A stretch of DNA of 63,794 bases, the filler included, from Octopus bimaculoides (taxonomy: Eukaryota), in the NCBI RefSeq assembly GCF_001194135.2. It is 4 parts of 4 records of this genome, joined end to end, with 100 filler letters (N's around TTAATTAATTAA, not from the genome) between each part and the next. Parts side by side here need not be neighbours in the genome. Positions count along the whole stretch, not along the records: positions 1 to 27,878 come from NC_069003.1; 3 more parts are not named here. One strand, written 5' to 3'. A program made the translations under genes and the position numbers. The notes beneath the pieces were generated by a model. That model had not been told where the DNA came from. It ran no database searches and worked only from the letters and a program-made list of their open reading frames with translations. Every line of letters starts with the position of its first letter. Position 1 is the stretch's first letter. Positions 13,617 through 26,949 of this stretch are shown piece after piece.

Positions 13617-14728
13617 GTATACACAAACATATGCATGTATCTACTTATGTATGTAATTCGTATCTGATGATGATGAGCACATTTATAATACACACTTATA
13701 TATACATACATATACATACATATATATAATACATATCAAAAATGTATATACATGTATACAATACACATATACATATATAAGGCAATGTTAATAATCACAC
13801 ATACACACATGCTCATATATATATATATATATAAATATATATATAACTCCCACATTTACACATCGTCACGCACATTATATTAAATATGAACTTTAAATGT
13901 GTGCAATACGTACATTTATGCGAAGCAAAAAAAAAAACCCAACAAAATATGAGAAAAATAATGAAAAAAAAAACCCCAAAATTTCACAAATATATATATA
14001 AAACTAAAAACTGAAATGGAGGGGAGGGGAGAAAAACCTCCCCCCCCCCAAAAAAAAAAACAACAACAGCAAACAACATGGTATTACATTACATATAAGA
14101 TGACCTGGTATCTTTTATGCTACATGGAAAAATTTCTCAGCATGTTTACGCAAAGTCATCGTCAACAAGATATGTATTGGAAGAGGAAAATCGATAAGAG
14201 AGAGAGAGAGAGTTTATTTATCAAATCAATCCAAAGCACGAAACGCTAAAGGCTGCTAACAATAGAGTGTCATAATGATTGCGATATTTTNNNNNNNNNN
14301 NNNNNNNNNNNNNNNNNNNNNNNNNNNNNNNNNNNNNNNNNNNNNNNNNNNNNNNNNNNNNNNNNNNNNNNNNNNNNNNNNNNNNNNNNNNNNNNNNNNN
14401 NNNNNNNNNNNNNNNNNNNNNNNNNNNNNNNNNNNNNNNNNNNNNNNNNNNNNNNNNNNNNNNNNNNNNNNNNNNNNNNNNNNNNNNNNNNNNNNNNNNN
14501 NNNNNNNNNNNNNNNNNNNNNNNNNNNNNNNNNNNNNNNNNNNNNNNNNNNNNNNNNNNNNNNNNNNNNNNNNNNNNNNNNNNNNNNNNNNNNNNNNNNN
14601 NNNNNNNNNNNNNNNNNNNNNNNNNNNNNNNNNNNNNNNNNNNNNNNNNNNNNNNNNNNNNNNNNNNNNNNNNNNNNNNNNNNNNNNNNNNNNNNNNNNN
14701 NNNNNNNNNNNNNNNNNNNNNNNNNNNN

Positions 14729-15598
14729 GTTTCTGTTTGTATGGTTGGGGCTGGAGGTTGGTGTGTGTATGTGTGAAGTATGAGCTAGTGTATCCTGTGT
14801 GTGTGTGATAGTGTTTGTGTGTGTGTTAGTGTTTGTGTGTGTTAGTGTGTGTGTGTGTGTGTGTGTGTGAAGTGCGAGCTAGTGTATTGCGTGTGTGTGT
14901 GTGTTTGTTTCTGTTTGTATGGTTGGGGCTGGAGGTTGGTGTGTGTATGTGAAGTATGAGCTAGTGTATACTGTGTGTGTTTGTGTGTGAAGTGTGAGCT
15001 AGTGTGTTGCGTGTGTGTGCTTGGTTGGGGTTGGATGCTTGTGTGTGTGGGTGTATGTGTGTCTGAAGTATGAGCTAGTGTATTCTGTGTGTGTGTGTGT
15101 GTGTGTGTATTTGTGTGTTTCTGTGTGTATTTGTGTGTTTCTCTGTGTGTGTGTGTGTGTGTGTAATTGTGTGTTTCTGTATGCGTGGGTGGAGTTGAGG
15201 GTGTGTGTGTGTGTGTGTGTGTGTGTCAGTATGTTTCTCTGTGTAAGTTGGTCTGTGTTTTGGTGTGGGTGTGTGGGGTGGTAATATTAATGCGTACATG
15301 TTTCTGTGTATGTGTATGTGTGTCAGTATGTTTCTCTGTGTGTGTTAAGTGTGTGTGTGTGTTGGTGTATGTTTGAGTGTGTTTTGATGAATGCATGTGT
15401 GCTGATGTGTGTTTGTGTATGTGTGTGTTTGTGTATGTGTGTGTTTGTAGGTAAGTGTCTAAGTGTGAGAATATAAGCATGCTTGTATGTTAGTATGTGT
15501 GTTTGTGTTTTGTGTGCGCATGTGTATGTGTACTACTATGTGTGTGTTTGCATTAGGTAAAATATATTTTTCACATACTGTAAATTTCTTACACAGTA

Positions 15599-15620
<22 letters not shown>
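14729..15620. repeat. TG-rich low-complexity tract with higher-order repeat units
   Basis: GAAGTRYGAGCTAGTGT motif at 14775, 14869, 14951, 14989 and 15065. Confidence 0.85.
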
Positions 15621-15632
<12 letters not shown>

Positions 15633-15876
15633 CGTGTGCAAACGGAAGGGGGAAACTTCAGGTTTGGCGAGTTCCAGGGGGCTGGGGAAGTTAGTGGAAT
15701 GTCGATGCTATTCCTTCATTTCAGCTTGTTTTTAACTCCTGCTGTTTACAAGAGTCACACTGGGTCAATTGCCAAAAAGTGTTGAATGCTGAATGTGGCA
15801 GGTGAGGGGTGGCGGTGCGGCNNNNNNNNNNAACGATGTCATTTATACAGAATCCTATGCCCTGTGAGGGTGTGGA

Positions 15877-15921
<45 letters not shown>

Positions 15922-16128
15922 ATTTACCTGAACATTGATGAAGTATCAAAACTCATTGCACACCTCTATTTCTTGTGACATATACACACATATATGTGTG
16001 TGTGTATATATATACATATTTGTATGTATGTATGTAAGTTTGTATATATGTGTATATATATATATGTATGTGTATATACATATATATATATGTATATCTA
16101 TATATGTATATATATGTGTGTGTGTATG

Positions 16129-16167
<39 letters not shown>

Positions 16168-16237
16168 NNNNNNNNNNTGTGTATATACATATATATATAT
16201 GTATATCTATATATGTATATATATGTGTGTGTGTATG

Positions 16238-16288
<51 letters not shown>

Positions 16289-16459
16289 CTCGGCAGGTGT
16301 ATATTATCAAATTTATGTAAATATGTGTGTTTTTACATGTGTGTATATGTATGTCTGTGTGTGCCTATGTGCACATTATTGTATCTTGACAGCCAATTAA
16401 TGTTGCTACCAAATATTTTGGTGCTGAAAATGGAGAGTCTACTTTAGATAGGCGTTGAA

Positions 16460-16720
16460 GATGGGGTAGAAGAAGGACACTGTTATAACATTTAAGGACC
16501 ACAAACCAAACTTTGCCTCTAACCCCAAATGTTGGCTTATTAACCCAGCAGAAAAACTGGATAGCATATGTGTATAAAAGTATATATATATGCTAATATA
16601 TGACAATGAAAATGAATGCTCAATATTGCATTGGTGGATAAATATTCCTTATTTGTAAGGTAACAAGGCTACCAATGGTCTCATGTAAAGCAGAACCTCT
16701 TAACAGTTATCAAGCCTGAC
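16460..16720 (+). pseudogene. Penelope-like element RT fragment, highly decayed
   Basis: ITFKDHKPNFASNPKCWLINPAEK matches the PLE motif ITLKDHK.NF..NP.CRLINP; LPMVSCKAE downstream may be the PMGS motif. Confidence 0.6.
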
Positions 16721-17277
16721 AAATGGGAACTTTGATACTTGTCTCCAATTTGGATGAGAATACATGAAGTCACACAAGACTGTATGGGGTTTCCGGGTAA
16801 ATAAATACTCAGGTCATGGGAGGTAACTTATAAAGGAAATCATAATTGCTATCTCTCTCTTGCATTATCCCTGGGATTTATAAATTTGAACGTGCATGTT
16901 ATGTCTCAATGCTACTGCTATCTAGCACCTTCAGATGATCTCTACTCAACTGCTACACAACTGCTACTCGACTGCTACTCAACACTCCTACCACGGCCAG
17001 ACTACCTCTATTTATATGTCTTGGGAGATCCTACTTCTTCGTCTGGGGGCGTCGACACAACAGTGCATGAGCATTTTCACATAAAATAATTAAGATATTG
17101 ATCAATCCATGGTGGATACAATTCCTTGCGAAAATATGTTGAAAGTATTCCCAGGAGCACAATGAGAAATGCATGCCCCAGATTCCGGAGCCAACCTGAG
17201 GAATTGGGGGCAATTACTTTGAGTAAACTGTTATCGCCCAGTCATAATGTAGTTGATATTTTTTGATTTTTTAAAAA

Positions 17278-17506
17278 CCCTTTTCGACATTTAAGCTGGC
17301 CATTTTCAGCCCAAATATTCTATCTGTTTTATCTCCACACTGGATGGATCTAACCTCTCACGCTTCTCCTACAATGTTATTCTAAAAATAAACAATCACA
17401 GCATCGAAATCTCGGAGGTATAACAATGTAATGTCGTAATGTGATTAATTGAAAACAATGTGAATAAATAAGTTTTACATTTCACAGAAATCTGAATGCT
17501 AAAGGG
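17278..17506. mobile_element. piggyBac-like MITE
   Basis: Ends CCCTTT(T)CGACATTTA…TGAATGCTAAAGGG, TTAA at the right flank (17507-17510); left flank degenerate. Confidence 0.45.
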
Positions 17507-17579
17507 TTAAAATAAATTATTCCTGTGTGAGATATTATGCTTGCATTTCTTTGTATGCAAGCTGTCAAATTTAGCCTGA

Positions 17580-18305
<726 letters not shown>

Positions 18306-18650
18306 AACCTCATTGGTTTAATTACTTGTGTCATTCCTGTCTGTATCTTTGCATGACTTTTAATCTTCAGCTGCTGGTTCCACAACGGCCCACCACCCCC
18401 ACTTCATCTCATGATTAACAGTTTGATTTCCACCAGGAACCATGTGTTGCTGTTGTTACTGTTGCTTAACCCCAGAATAGCTCTGACTAGACACACTTGT
18501 GATCAAAGATGTTTCAGTCACTGACAACAATCATATGAGGTTATAAAACACCTATGACTACTGAGGATATATGGCCTAGTGGTTAAGCTGTTGGTCTCAC
18601 AATTGTGAGATCGCAGTTTCAAATTCTAGACTGGGTGGTGTTCTTATTCT

Positions 18651-18850
18651 TTTACTTGTTTCAGTCATTTGACTGTGGCCATGCTGGAGCACCTCCTTTA
18701 GTCGAGCAAATCGACCCAGGACTTATTCTTTGTAAGCCAAGTACTTATTCTATTGGTCTCTTTCACCGAACCGCTAAGTTACGGGGACGTAAACACACCA
18801 GCATCGGTTGTCAAGCGATGTTGGGTAGGCAAACACAGACACACACACAC

Positions 18851-18908
<58 letters not shown>

Positions 18909-19086
18909 ATGGGCTTCTTTCAGTTTCCGTCTGCCAGATCCACTCACGAGGCTTTGGTCAGCCTGAGGCTATAGTAGAAGACACTTGCCCAAGATGCCAC
19001 ACAGTGGGACTGAACCCAGAGCCATGTGGTTGGTAAGCAAGGTGGTGCTCCAGCATGGCCGCAGTCTAATGACTGAAACAAGTAAA
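18651..19086 (-). mobile_element. Family 1 SINE, head-truncated, followed by an inverted tail fragment (19042-19086)
   Basis: Tail 18651-18693 is near-perfectly inverted at 19042-19086. Confidence 0.75.
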
Positions 19087-19973
19087 GGAAGAAACAAAAG
19101 ATGAAGAGGTAAAAATTGAAGGGTGCGTAGCATTACATTATCGATCACTTTTCATCTCAATAGAATAATATCCGACACACACACACATACACATATATAA
19201 AGTGCTTCCACACATCAAAGCAGATATTTGCCTGAAGTGATGTTCTGTGAGATTGAACCTCTTACAACATGATTACAAAGCAAAGTTCTGAGACAACCAT
19301 GTCCATACTTGCACAACACTTACGTCACGACAATAATTTTCCAATCTGTTGAACATCAAAGGTGTCTAGACTTGATTACTCGTTAATGGAAATTATAACA
19401 ACTTCATTACAAGGAGAAGACTCTTGCAGTAAGAAACTATTTTTATTTATTCATCTATTTATTCATTTTGTTTAGTATTTTTTCCTAGAATTCTCTGATA
19501 GCTTTCTTCATTAATAGGTAGCATTTGTTTCACTTTTGGCGATGGCTCTCAAAGTAGACAGACTTCAGACAGTGTCGATTCTAACTTTGGTGACTTTAGC
19601 AGCTTTAAGCAATATGCATCATTACATAAAATATCAACGACAAATTCTCACACATTCTTATATTCATATGATACCATCGCATGGCGTGTATCATATTTAC
19701 TTTTGAAAGAAAATCTATTATTCCTAATAACTTATTCAGAATGACAACAGAATATAATAGTTGTAGCAAGCGCCTGTTTGCTGGTTACAGAGCAGCTGGA
19801 TTTTTTTAACGGTCTCGAATAAATGCAAGTTCAGAGAGATTACGTATATCACTCGTAATCGAATTTTAGACAGTCAGCAGTCAGCTCGTCCAATTTCTTC
19901 ACTCTTCAACTTCTTATGTTGCTACATCAGTTGGTTGCCCAATGTGATGTCGTCATGTTGTGTAAACTGTGAT

Positions 19974-20540
19974 CATCATCATCATCATCATTTAATGTCA
20001 GTTTTCCATGCTGGCATGGTTTGGACAGTTTGACAGGGTCTGACAAGGCCAGGAGCTGCACCAGGTTCCCTTGTCTGCTTTGGCCTGGTTTCTACATCTG
20101 GATGCCTTTCCTAATGCCAACCACTTTACAGCATGTACTGGGTGCTTTTTATGTGACACCAGCTTGGATGCTTCTTATGTGGCACCATCACCAGTACTTT
20201 TTCCATGGCACCATGACCAGTGCTTCTTATGTGGCACCATCACCAGTGCTTTTTATGTGGCACCATCACCAATGCTTCTTACGTGGCACCATCACCTGTG
20301 CTTTTCCTGTGGCACCATCACCAGTGCTCTTTCAGTGGCACCATCACCAGTGCTCTTTCAGTGGCACCATCACCAATTCTTTTTCTGTGGCACCATCACC
20401 AGCGCTTTTTCTGTGACACCATCGCCAGTGCTTTTCCCATGGCACCATCACCGTTGCTTTTTATGTGACGCCAGCAACAGTGCTTTTCCCGTGGCACCAT
20501 CTCCTGTGCTTTTTATGTGACGCTAGCACCATCAGTGCCA
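19974..20540 (-). mobile_element. Family 4 retroposon with expanded 26-bp VNTR
   Basis: (CAT)n plus tttaatgtcagttttccatgctggcatggtttggac tail; about 14 copies of gtggcaccatcaccagtgctttttat at ~20180-20540. Confidence 0.75.
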
Positions 20541-20874
20541 CCAAGTACTTTGCAAAGTGGAAAGAAAAATAACTAATTATCTTTTCTATTTTTGGTATTA
20601 CAGGACATTTTTGAATCCCTGATGCTTTACAAGAATATAGATTTATTAGACCATTGATCGATTGATTGACCGATTGATGTAACTAACTATTGAATGTCAT
20701 GTGAACAATGAAAATATTTTGTTATTACCAATGTTACATTGATTGGTTTGTAACACTACTATGGAGCATGGAAGGAGACATTTTGGTGCAGTTGTTTTGG
20801 TGCTGCCTATTTAGCATCACTGGTTCAATCCTGATCTGTCAGACATTTTATTGTTTCTCTCATTTTATTTTTTT

Positions 20875-21250
20875 TCTTTCTTTCTTTCTCTCTCTCTCAC
20901 TTTTCCTACCCCATCTCTCTTCATCTCTGCCCCTGTATTCCCCATATCTCCTCCTCCCTTTCCTATTTTTCCTCCCTATCTCCCTGTCTCTCATCCTCTT
21001 TCTTTTCCTCTCCTTCTCTCTCCTTCTCTCTCCTTCTCTCTCTTTCTCTCTCCCTCTCTCCTTCTCTTTCCCTCTCTCCTTCTCTTTCCCTCTCTCCTCT
21101 CTCCTTCTCTCCTTCGCTCTCCCTCTCTCTCCCTCTCTCCTTCTCTCCCTTTTTCTTTCTATCTGTCTGAGGAGAGGGAGAGTGTTTACGACAATTAATA
21201 AATCATGACTCTCTCTCTTCCCCCACCCATCTCTCTCTCTTTCTCTCTCT
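20875..21250. repeat. Homopyrimidine (CT-rich) tract
   Basis: About 370 bp almost purely C/T on the + strand. Confidence 0.9.
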
Positions 21251-21590
21251 CTAACTGTATGTGTATATTTCTGCATGTACACATGTGTGTATGCATGCAT
21301 GCATGTGTGTGTATCTGTGTGTGCATGTGTGTCAGTGTTTGCCTCCAGTGCCAAAATGTACTGTCTCCAAAACAGACCAAAGAATGACCAGTCAGTGGTG
21401 CCAGTACACCAATGTCCAAACATCATCACCCAACCATCTCATTCTGCTCTGGCGTGCGTAAACATATCAGGCCTCCTGGCAATATACAAAAATACATTAC
21501 AATATCATTAAGTATCACAAGACTCACTGAAGGCAGAAGTCTGCTTTTCATTGATATAAGTATCAAATATATCATAGTTAAGCACATATG

Positions 21591-21812
21591 CAGGGTTGGT
21601 CAAAAGTCACCCGACAGTAAATCAAAATTCCATAAATACTCAATGTTCAATTCTATTTATTCATTCCAATTATGAATTTTTAATGATTAAATGCTGTGAG
21701 TTAAAATCACCGTTTTTCTTTCAACATTTGTCTATTCATTAGCGAAATCTCATATAAAATAATTTTTTGTTTTAATCTTGGAATTAAATGGGTTTTCATT
21801 TGGCCAACCCTG
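21591..21812. mobile_element. Tc1/mariner-type MITE
   Basis: Inverted ends CAGGGTTGGTCAAA…TTTGGCCAACCCTG; TA at the right flank, TG at the left. Confidence 0.65.
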
Positions 21813-22124
21813 TACGTACACAACTATGCCTATCACCAATAATATAGAATTTTTCAAGTAATTTGGTATTTTTTTAAACATTTCATAGGTGTAGGCGTGG
21901 CTGTGTGGTAAGAAGTTAGCTTCCCAACCACATGGTTCCAAGTTCAGTCCCACTGGGTGGTACCTTGGGTGTTGTTTATAACCTTGAGTCGATCAAAGCC
22001 TTGTGAGTGAATTTGATTGGCAGAAACTGAAAGAAATTCATCATATATATATATAAAAAATATTTTTTCAGAATGAGATGAAAAACCAAGGCTGTGAAGA
22101 TTTTAGAACATTTATAAATAGAAG

Positions 22125-22172
22125 GTCTTACAGCTGTTTCCAGGATATTTATTATATCCCTTCATCGGAAAC
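22125..22172 (-). ncRNA. Type I hammerhead-ribozyme-like motif (PLE-associated type, degenerate)
   Basis: Minus strand reads GTTT-CCGATGA-AGGGATAT AATAA ATATCCTG-GAAA-CAGCTG-TA-AGAC: core-like CYGAUGA and GAAA, stem II, palindromic stem III ACAGCTGT, GUA cleavage triplet, 4-bp stem I. Confidence 0.55.
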
Positions 22173-22311
22173 GGTGTGAGAAAATGGTTAAGCAATAGTT
22201 AATTTAGATAAGATACAAAATAGATTGATTAACTATTTTCTCAGACCGTCTCCGATGAAGGGATATAATAAACAGCCATGCTTGCATATGTATATATATA
22301 TATATATATAT

Positions 22312-22710
22312 GCAGGCATAACTGTGTGGTAAGAAACTCGCTTCCCAATCACACAGCTCTGGGTTCAGTCCCACTGCATGGCATCTTGGGCAAGTGGTTT
22401 CTACTACAGCCTCAGGCCGACCAAAGCTTTGTGAATGGATTTGGTAGGCAGAAACTGAAAGAAGCCCATCATATATATATGTGTGTGTGTGTGTGAGTGT
22501 GTGTGAGTGCGTATCTGTGTATCTTTGTGTTTGTCTCTCTATCACCAATTGACAATCGATGTTGGTGTGTTTACATCCACATAACCTGGCAGTTCAGCAA
22601 AAGACACTGATAGAATAAATACTTGGCTTACAAAAAATTAAGTCCTGGAGGGTGGGGGTTGATTTGTTCGGCTAAAAGAAACCCCTTAAAGGCATTGCTC
22701 CAGCATGGCC
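22312..22710 (+). mobile_element. Full-length family 1 SINE
   Basis: Head, CORE, (TA)(TG)n and tail ending ctccagcatggcc. A second partial copy lies at ~21888-22045. Confidence 0.8.
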
Positions 22711-24543
22711 CATGAGGTGAAACCACTCCATCTCAATTACCTGGTCAGCTGAATCAGAACTGAGCTGAAATTTAAAAATACAGTAACGTCAGCAACGTAC
22801 ATAATGGTAAAGCACGCCTCTCTCCCAGGAGGGGCAATTTCAGGCGCCCAAAACTGCTCCAATGTCTGATCACCCTTGCGTTAACCATGAAAGCTAGTAA
22901 AATGACCGTTAAATCTTAATTGTGTAAAACCGGATTTATTTACTCCTTGACTCACTATATCTGTGCCCTTTAGAAGAAGAAGTGTTTACTGTCTTACTCT
23001 AAGATCACTTTGCTTGGGGTTTTTTTTTTTTGTGTTTTTTCTTATGTTTCATTAACCATATCTTAACAATACATTTCTGTATACATACATACATACATAC
23101 ATACATAGATATATGGATATGTGTTTGTATACGTATATCAGTGTATTTATGTGTATAGATGTGTTTTTTGTATGACTGTATGTTCCTTCCTTTCTAATGG
23201 TATTCTGTCAATATGTAGATAACTTTTCTTTTTTTTCCCATTCCTTATACGAAAAACTTTTATTGCGAAAGTTCAAACGGATGTAGAAAGGTTAAAAGAA
23301 GTCCTGGGAATTCTTCAGTTTCAGAATTCCAAACCTTGATATCGGCAATGCAGTGCAGAGATTATTGTTTTGTTTTTTTTTTCCTCCCCTTTTTCTTGAC
23401 ATTAATGTGGAAACTAACAATAATAAATAGCTTGCAACTGTGCAATGTATAATATAATAAATAATAAACATCTTGCAAGNNNNNNNNNNNNNNNNNNNNN
23501 NNNNNNNNNNNNNNNNNNNNNNNNNNNNNNNNNNNNNNNNNNNNNNNNNNNNNNNNNNNNNNNNNNNNNNNNNNNNNNNNNNNNNNNNNNNNNNNNNNNN
23601 NNNNNNNNNNNNNNNNNNNNNNNNNNNNNNNNNNNNNNNNNNNNNNNNNNNNNNNNNNNNNNNNNNNNNNNNNNNNNNNNNNNNNNNNNNNNNNNNNNNN
23701 NNNNNNNNNNNNNNNNNNNNNNNNNNNNNNNNNNNNNNNNNNNNNNNNNNNNNNNNNNNNNNNNNNNNNNNNNNNNNNNNNNNNNNNNNNNNNNNNNNNN
23801 NNNNNNNNNNNNNNNNNNNNNNNNNNNNNNNNNNNNNNNNNNNNNNNNNNNNNNNNNNNNNNNNNNNNNNNNNNNNNNNNNNNNNNNNNNNNNNNNNNNN
23901 NNNNNNNNNNNNNNNNNNNNNNNNNNNNNNNNNNNNNNNNNNNNNNNNNNNNNNNNNNNNNNNNNNNNNNNNNNNNNNNNNNNNNNNNNNNNNNNNNNNN
24001 NNNNNNNNNNNNNNNNNNNNNNNNNNNNNNNNNNNNNNNNNNNNNNNNNNNNNNNNNNNNNNNNNNNNNNNNNNNNNNNNNNNNNNNNNNNNNNNNNNNN
24101 NNNNNNNNNNNNNNNNNNNNNNNNNNNNNNNNNNNNNNNNNNNNNNNNNNNNNNNNNNNNNNNNNNNNNNNNNNNNNNNNNNNNNNNNNNNNNNNNNNNN
24201 NNNNNNNNNNNNNNNNNNNNNNNNNNNNNNNNNNNNNNNNNNNNNNNNNNNNNNNNNNNNNNNNNNNNNNNATATATATTTACATGCGTAAATAGATGAA
24301 AAAGTATGAGAACAAAATACTTGTACATTAATGGCAAAAGTGAAAGTGCTGACAAATGGAACATTCATAAGTCATTAAAACATTACTTACCTCTTCTGTA
24401 TGCTTTTAAATTCCCTGCTGTGGTAATTGTCTAATATCCATGCGAAAAATAACAGAGAGCTCAATAAATTGCTCGCACGTTAAGTGTTTTGTTTCAATAC
24501 TATACTGCACAGCAGCATATTTCATTAATTTTTTTATCCGTTG

Positions 24544-25240
24544 TTTGTTTCAGTCATTAGACTGTGGCCATGCTGGGGCACCACCTTGAAGAATCTTAGT
24601 TGAGCTTATTGACCCCGTTATCATCATCATCATCATTGTTTAACGTCCACTTTCCATGCTGGCATGGGTTGGACGATTTGACTGAGGACTGGTGAACCAG
24701 AAGGCTGCATCAGGCTCCAATCTGATTTGGCAGAGTTTCTACAGCTGGATGCCCTTCCTAACGCCAACCACTCAGAGAGTGTAGTGGGTGCTTTTATGTG
24801 CCACTGGCACGAGGGCCAGTCACACGGTACTGGCAGCGGCCATGCTCAAAATGGTGTATTTTACGTGCCACCTGCATGGGAGCCAGTCCAGTGGCACTTG
24901 CAACAACCTCGCTCGAATGATTTGTTATTTCTTTTTTCTGTTTTGTAAAGCCTGGTACTTATTCTATCAGTATTTTTGGTTGAACTGCTAAGTTGCGGGA
25001 ACATAAACACACCAGCACTCCTTGTCAAGCAGTGGTGGAGAACAAACACAAAGACACACACACACACACACACACGACAGGCTCCTTTTTTCAGTTTCTA
25101 TCTACCAAATCCACTTGCAAGGCCTTGCTCGGTCTGAGGATATAGTAGAAGACACCTGCCCAAAGTGCTACACAGTGGGACTGAACCTGGAACCATGTGG
25201 TTGGGAAGCAAGCTTCTTACCACGCAGCCACACTTGCACC
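24544..25240 (-). mobile_element. Family 1 SINE interrupted by a nested family 4 element (24621-24920)
   Basis: Family 1 tail resumes (aaagcctggtacttattc) right after the family 4 sequence. Confidence 0.75.
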
Positions 25241-25510
25241 TATATCTTTAGATCTTTTTTGTTTTACTCAGTGCCTCCATGTAGTCTTTTACTTGTTTCA
25301 ATCATTGAATTGTGACCATGCTGGAGCACCACATTGAAGACTACAGATCCAATCCATCACTGGAACTGTAAAAATCTGTAAAACTTTCCAGAAGTTTATC
25401 GTTTAAGCATATATGAGTATATCCAGACATACAACTATATGCATAAGAAGATATACACAAAACCAAACATACAAATTGGCACATATACATACATACATAC
25501 ATACATACAT

Positions 25511-25760
25511 ACCCGTTGATGTTGTTGAAATTCCAATGATGGAGCCTTAGATCTAGGTTAGAAACCAGTTCTTTCTCTATTGGCAAAACATTTTGAAATA
25601 AAGCAGAATGATGACAGACATACATACATACATACATACAAAAATACCCGTTGATGTTGTTGAAATTTCAATAATGGAGCCTTAGATCTTGGTTAGAAAC
25701 CAGTTCTTTCTCTATTAGCAAGAAGTCTTGAAATAAAACTGAATAATGATATACATACAT
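25511..25760 (+). repeat. Two tandem copies of a ~110-bp (CATA)n-tailed retroposon end
   Basis: acccgttgatgttgttgaaatt…gaatgatgacagacatacatac at 25511 and 25646, each followed by (CATA)n. Confidence 0.65.
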
Positions 25761-26156
25761 CGATGCATGCAAACATTCACACATGTACACTTATACTTCT
25801 GCTCCATACATGGCCATAACTATCAGCCTTGTATTATATATAACAGCAATTTTTTAGAGAAGGTACATGGAAAGTGAAACTACTTATTCGGCAATTTCCA
25901 TAAAGAATTCTTATGTTTTTTATTTTTTTCTTCAGCTGAAGCACTTCTGTTTATGTCTTGCATGTGTATATATACATGTGTTTATGTGTGTATGTACATA
26001 TATTTGTGTCTGTAAGTATATGTATATATATTTATGTGCATGTATGTATATTTGTGTGTGTCTGTAAGTATATGTATATATATTTATGTGCATGTATGTA
26101 TATTTGTGTGTGCATGTGTTTACACTTGTATATTTGTGTATACACATACACAGGTA

Positions 26157-26236
26157 CAAGGGGATTCTGAAAAGTTCCTAGCTTTGGGTAAAAGAAAATA
26201 GAAGCGGATCAGTTATTTTATGATTTTATTCAACAT
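26157..26236. mobile_element. Mariner-type terminus cut by a gap
   Basis: TA|CAAGGGGATTCTGAAAAGTTCC resembles TACGAGGGG…GAAAAGTT mariner TIRs. Confidence 0.4.
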
Positions 26237-26477
26237 NNNNNNNNNNNNNNNNNNNNNNNNNNNNNNNNNNNNNNNNNNNNNNNNNNNNNNNNNNNNNNNN
26301 NNNNNNNNNNNNNNNNNNNNNNNNNNNNNNNNNNNNNNNNNNNNNNNNNNNNNNNNNNNNNNNNNNNNNNNNNNNNNNNNNNNNNNNNNNNNNNNNNNNN
26401 NNNNNNNNNNNNNNNNNNNNNNNNNNNNNNNNNNNNNNNNNNNNNNNNNNNNNNNNNNNNACACTCATATAGACAGT

Positions 26478-26949
26478 GTTGTTGTTGGCACTCCGTCGTT
26501 TACGACGTTGAGGGTTCCAGTTGATCCGATCAACAGAACAGCCTGCTTGTGAAATTAACGTGCAAGTGGCTGAGCACTCCACAGACACATGTACCCTTAA
26601 CGTAGTTCTCGGGGATATTCAGCGTGACACAGTGTGACAAGGCTGGCCCTTTGAATTACGGACACAACAGAAACAGGAAGTAAGAGTGAGAGAAGGTTGT
26701 GGTGGAAGAGTACAGCAGGGTTCACCACCATCCCCTGCCGGAGCCTCGTGGTGCTTTAGGTGTTTTCGCTCAATAAACACTCACAACACCCAGTCTCGGA
26801 ATCGAAACCGTGAGCCTATGACCACGAGTCCGCTGCCCTAACCACTGGGCCATTGTGCCTCCACACAATACAGTACTGCTTCTATGTCACAGATTTTCAC
26901 CTATGACCGCGAGTCCGCTGCCCTAACCACTGGGCCATTGCACCTCCAC
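26478..26949 (-). mobile_element. tRNA-derived SINE (family 5) plus duplicated head (26901-26949)
   Basis: Head has A box TGGCCCAGTGG and B-box-like GGTTTCGATTCC; body partly repeated at ~32015-32130. Confidence 0.75.

Noticed and set aside
16085-16275. ~80-bp direct repeat around a 10-N gap
   Set aside because: Typical unmerged contig overlap in low-complexity sequence.
23292-24368. Longest ORFs in the track (also 2348, 14275, 28566, 51441)
   Set aside because: They are open only because they span N gaps.
26790-26864. tRNA gene
   Set aside because: A and B boxes are present but no full cloverleaf, and it is attached to a repeated body, so it is a SINE head. The same holds for the other families.
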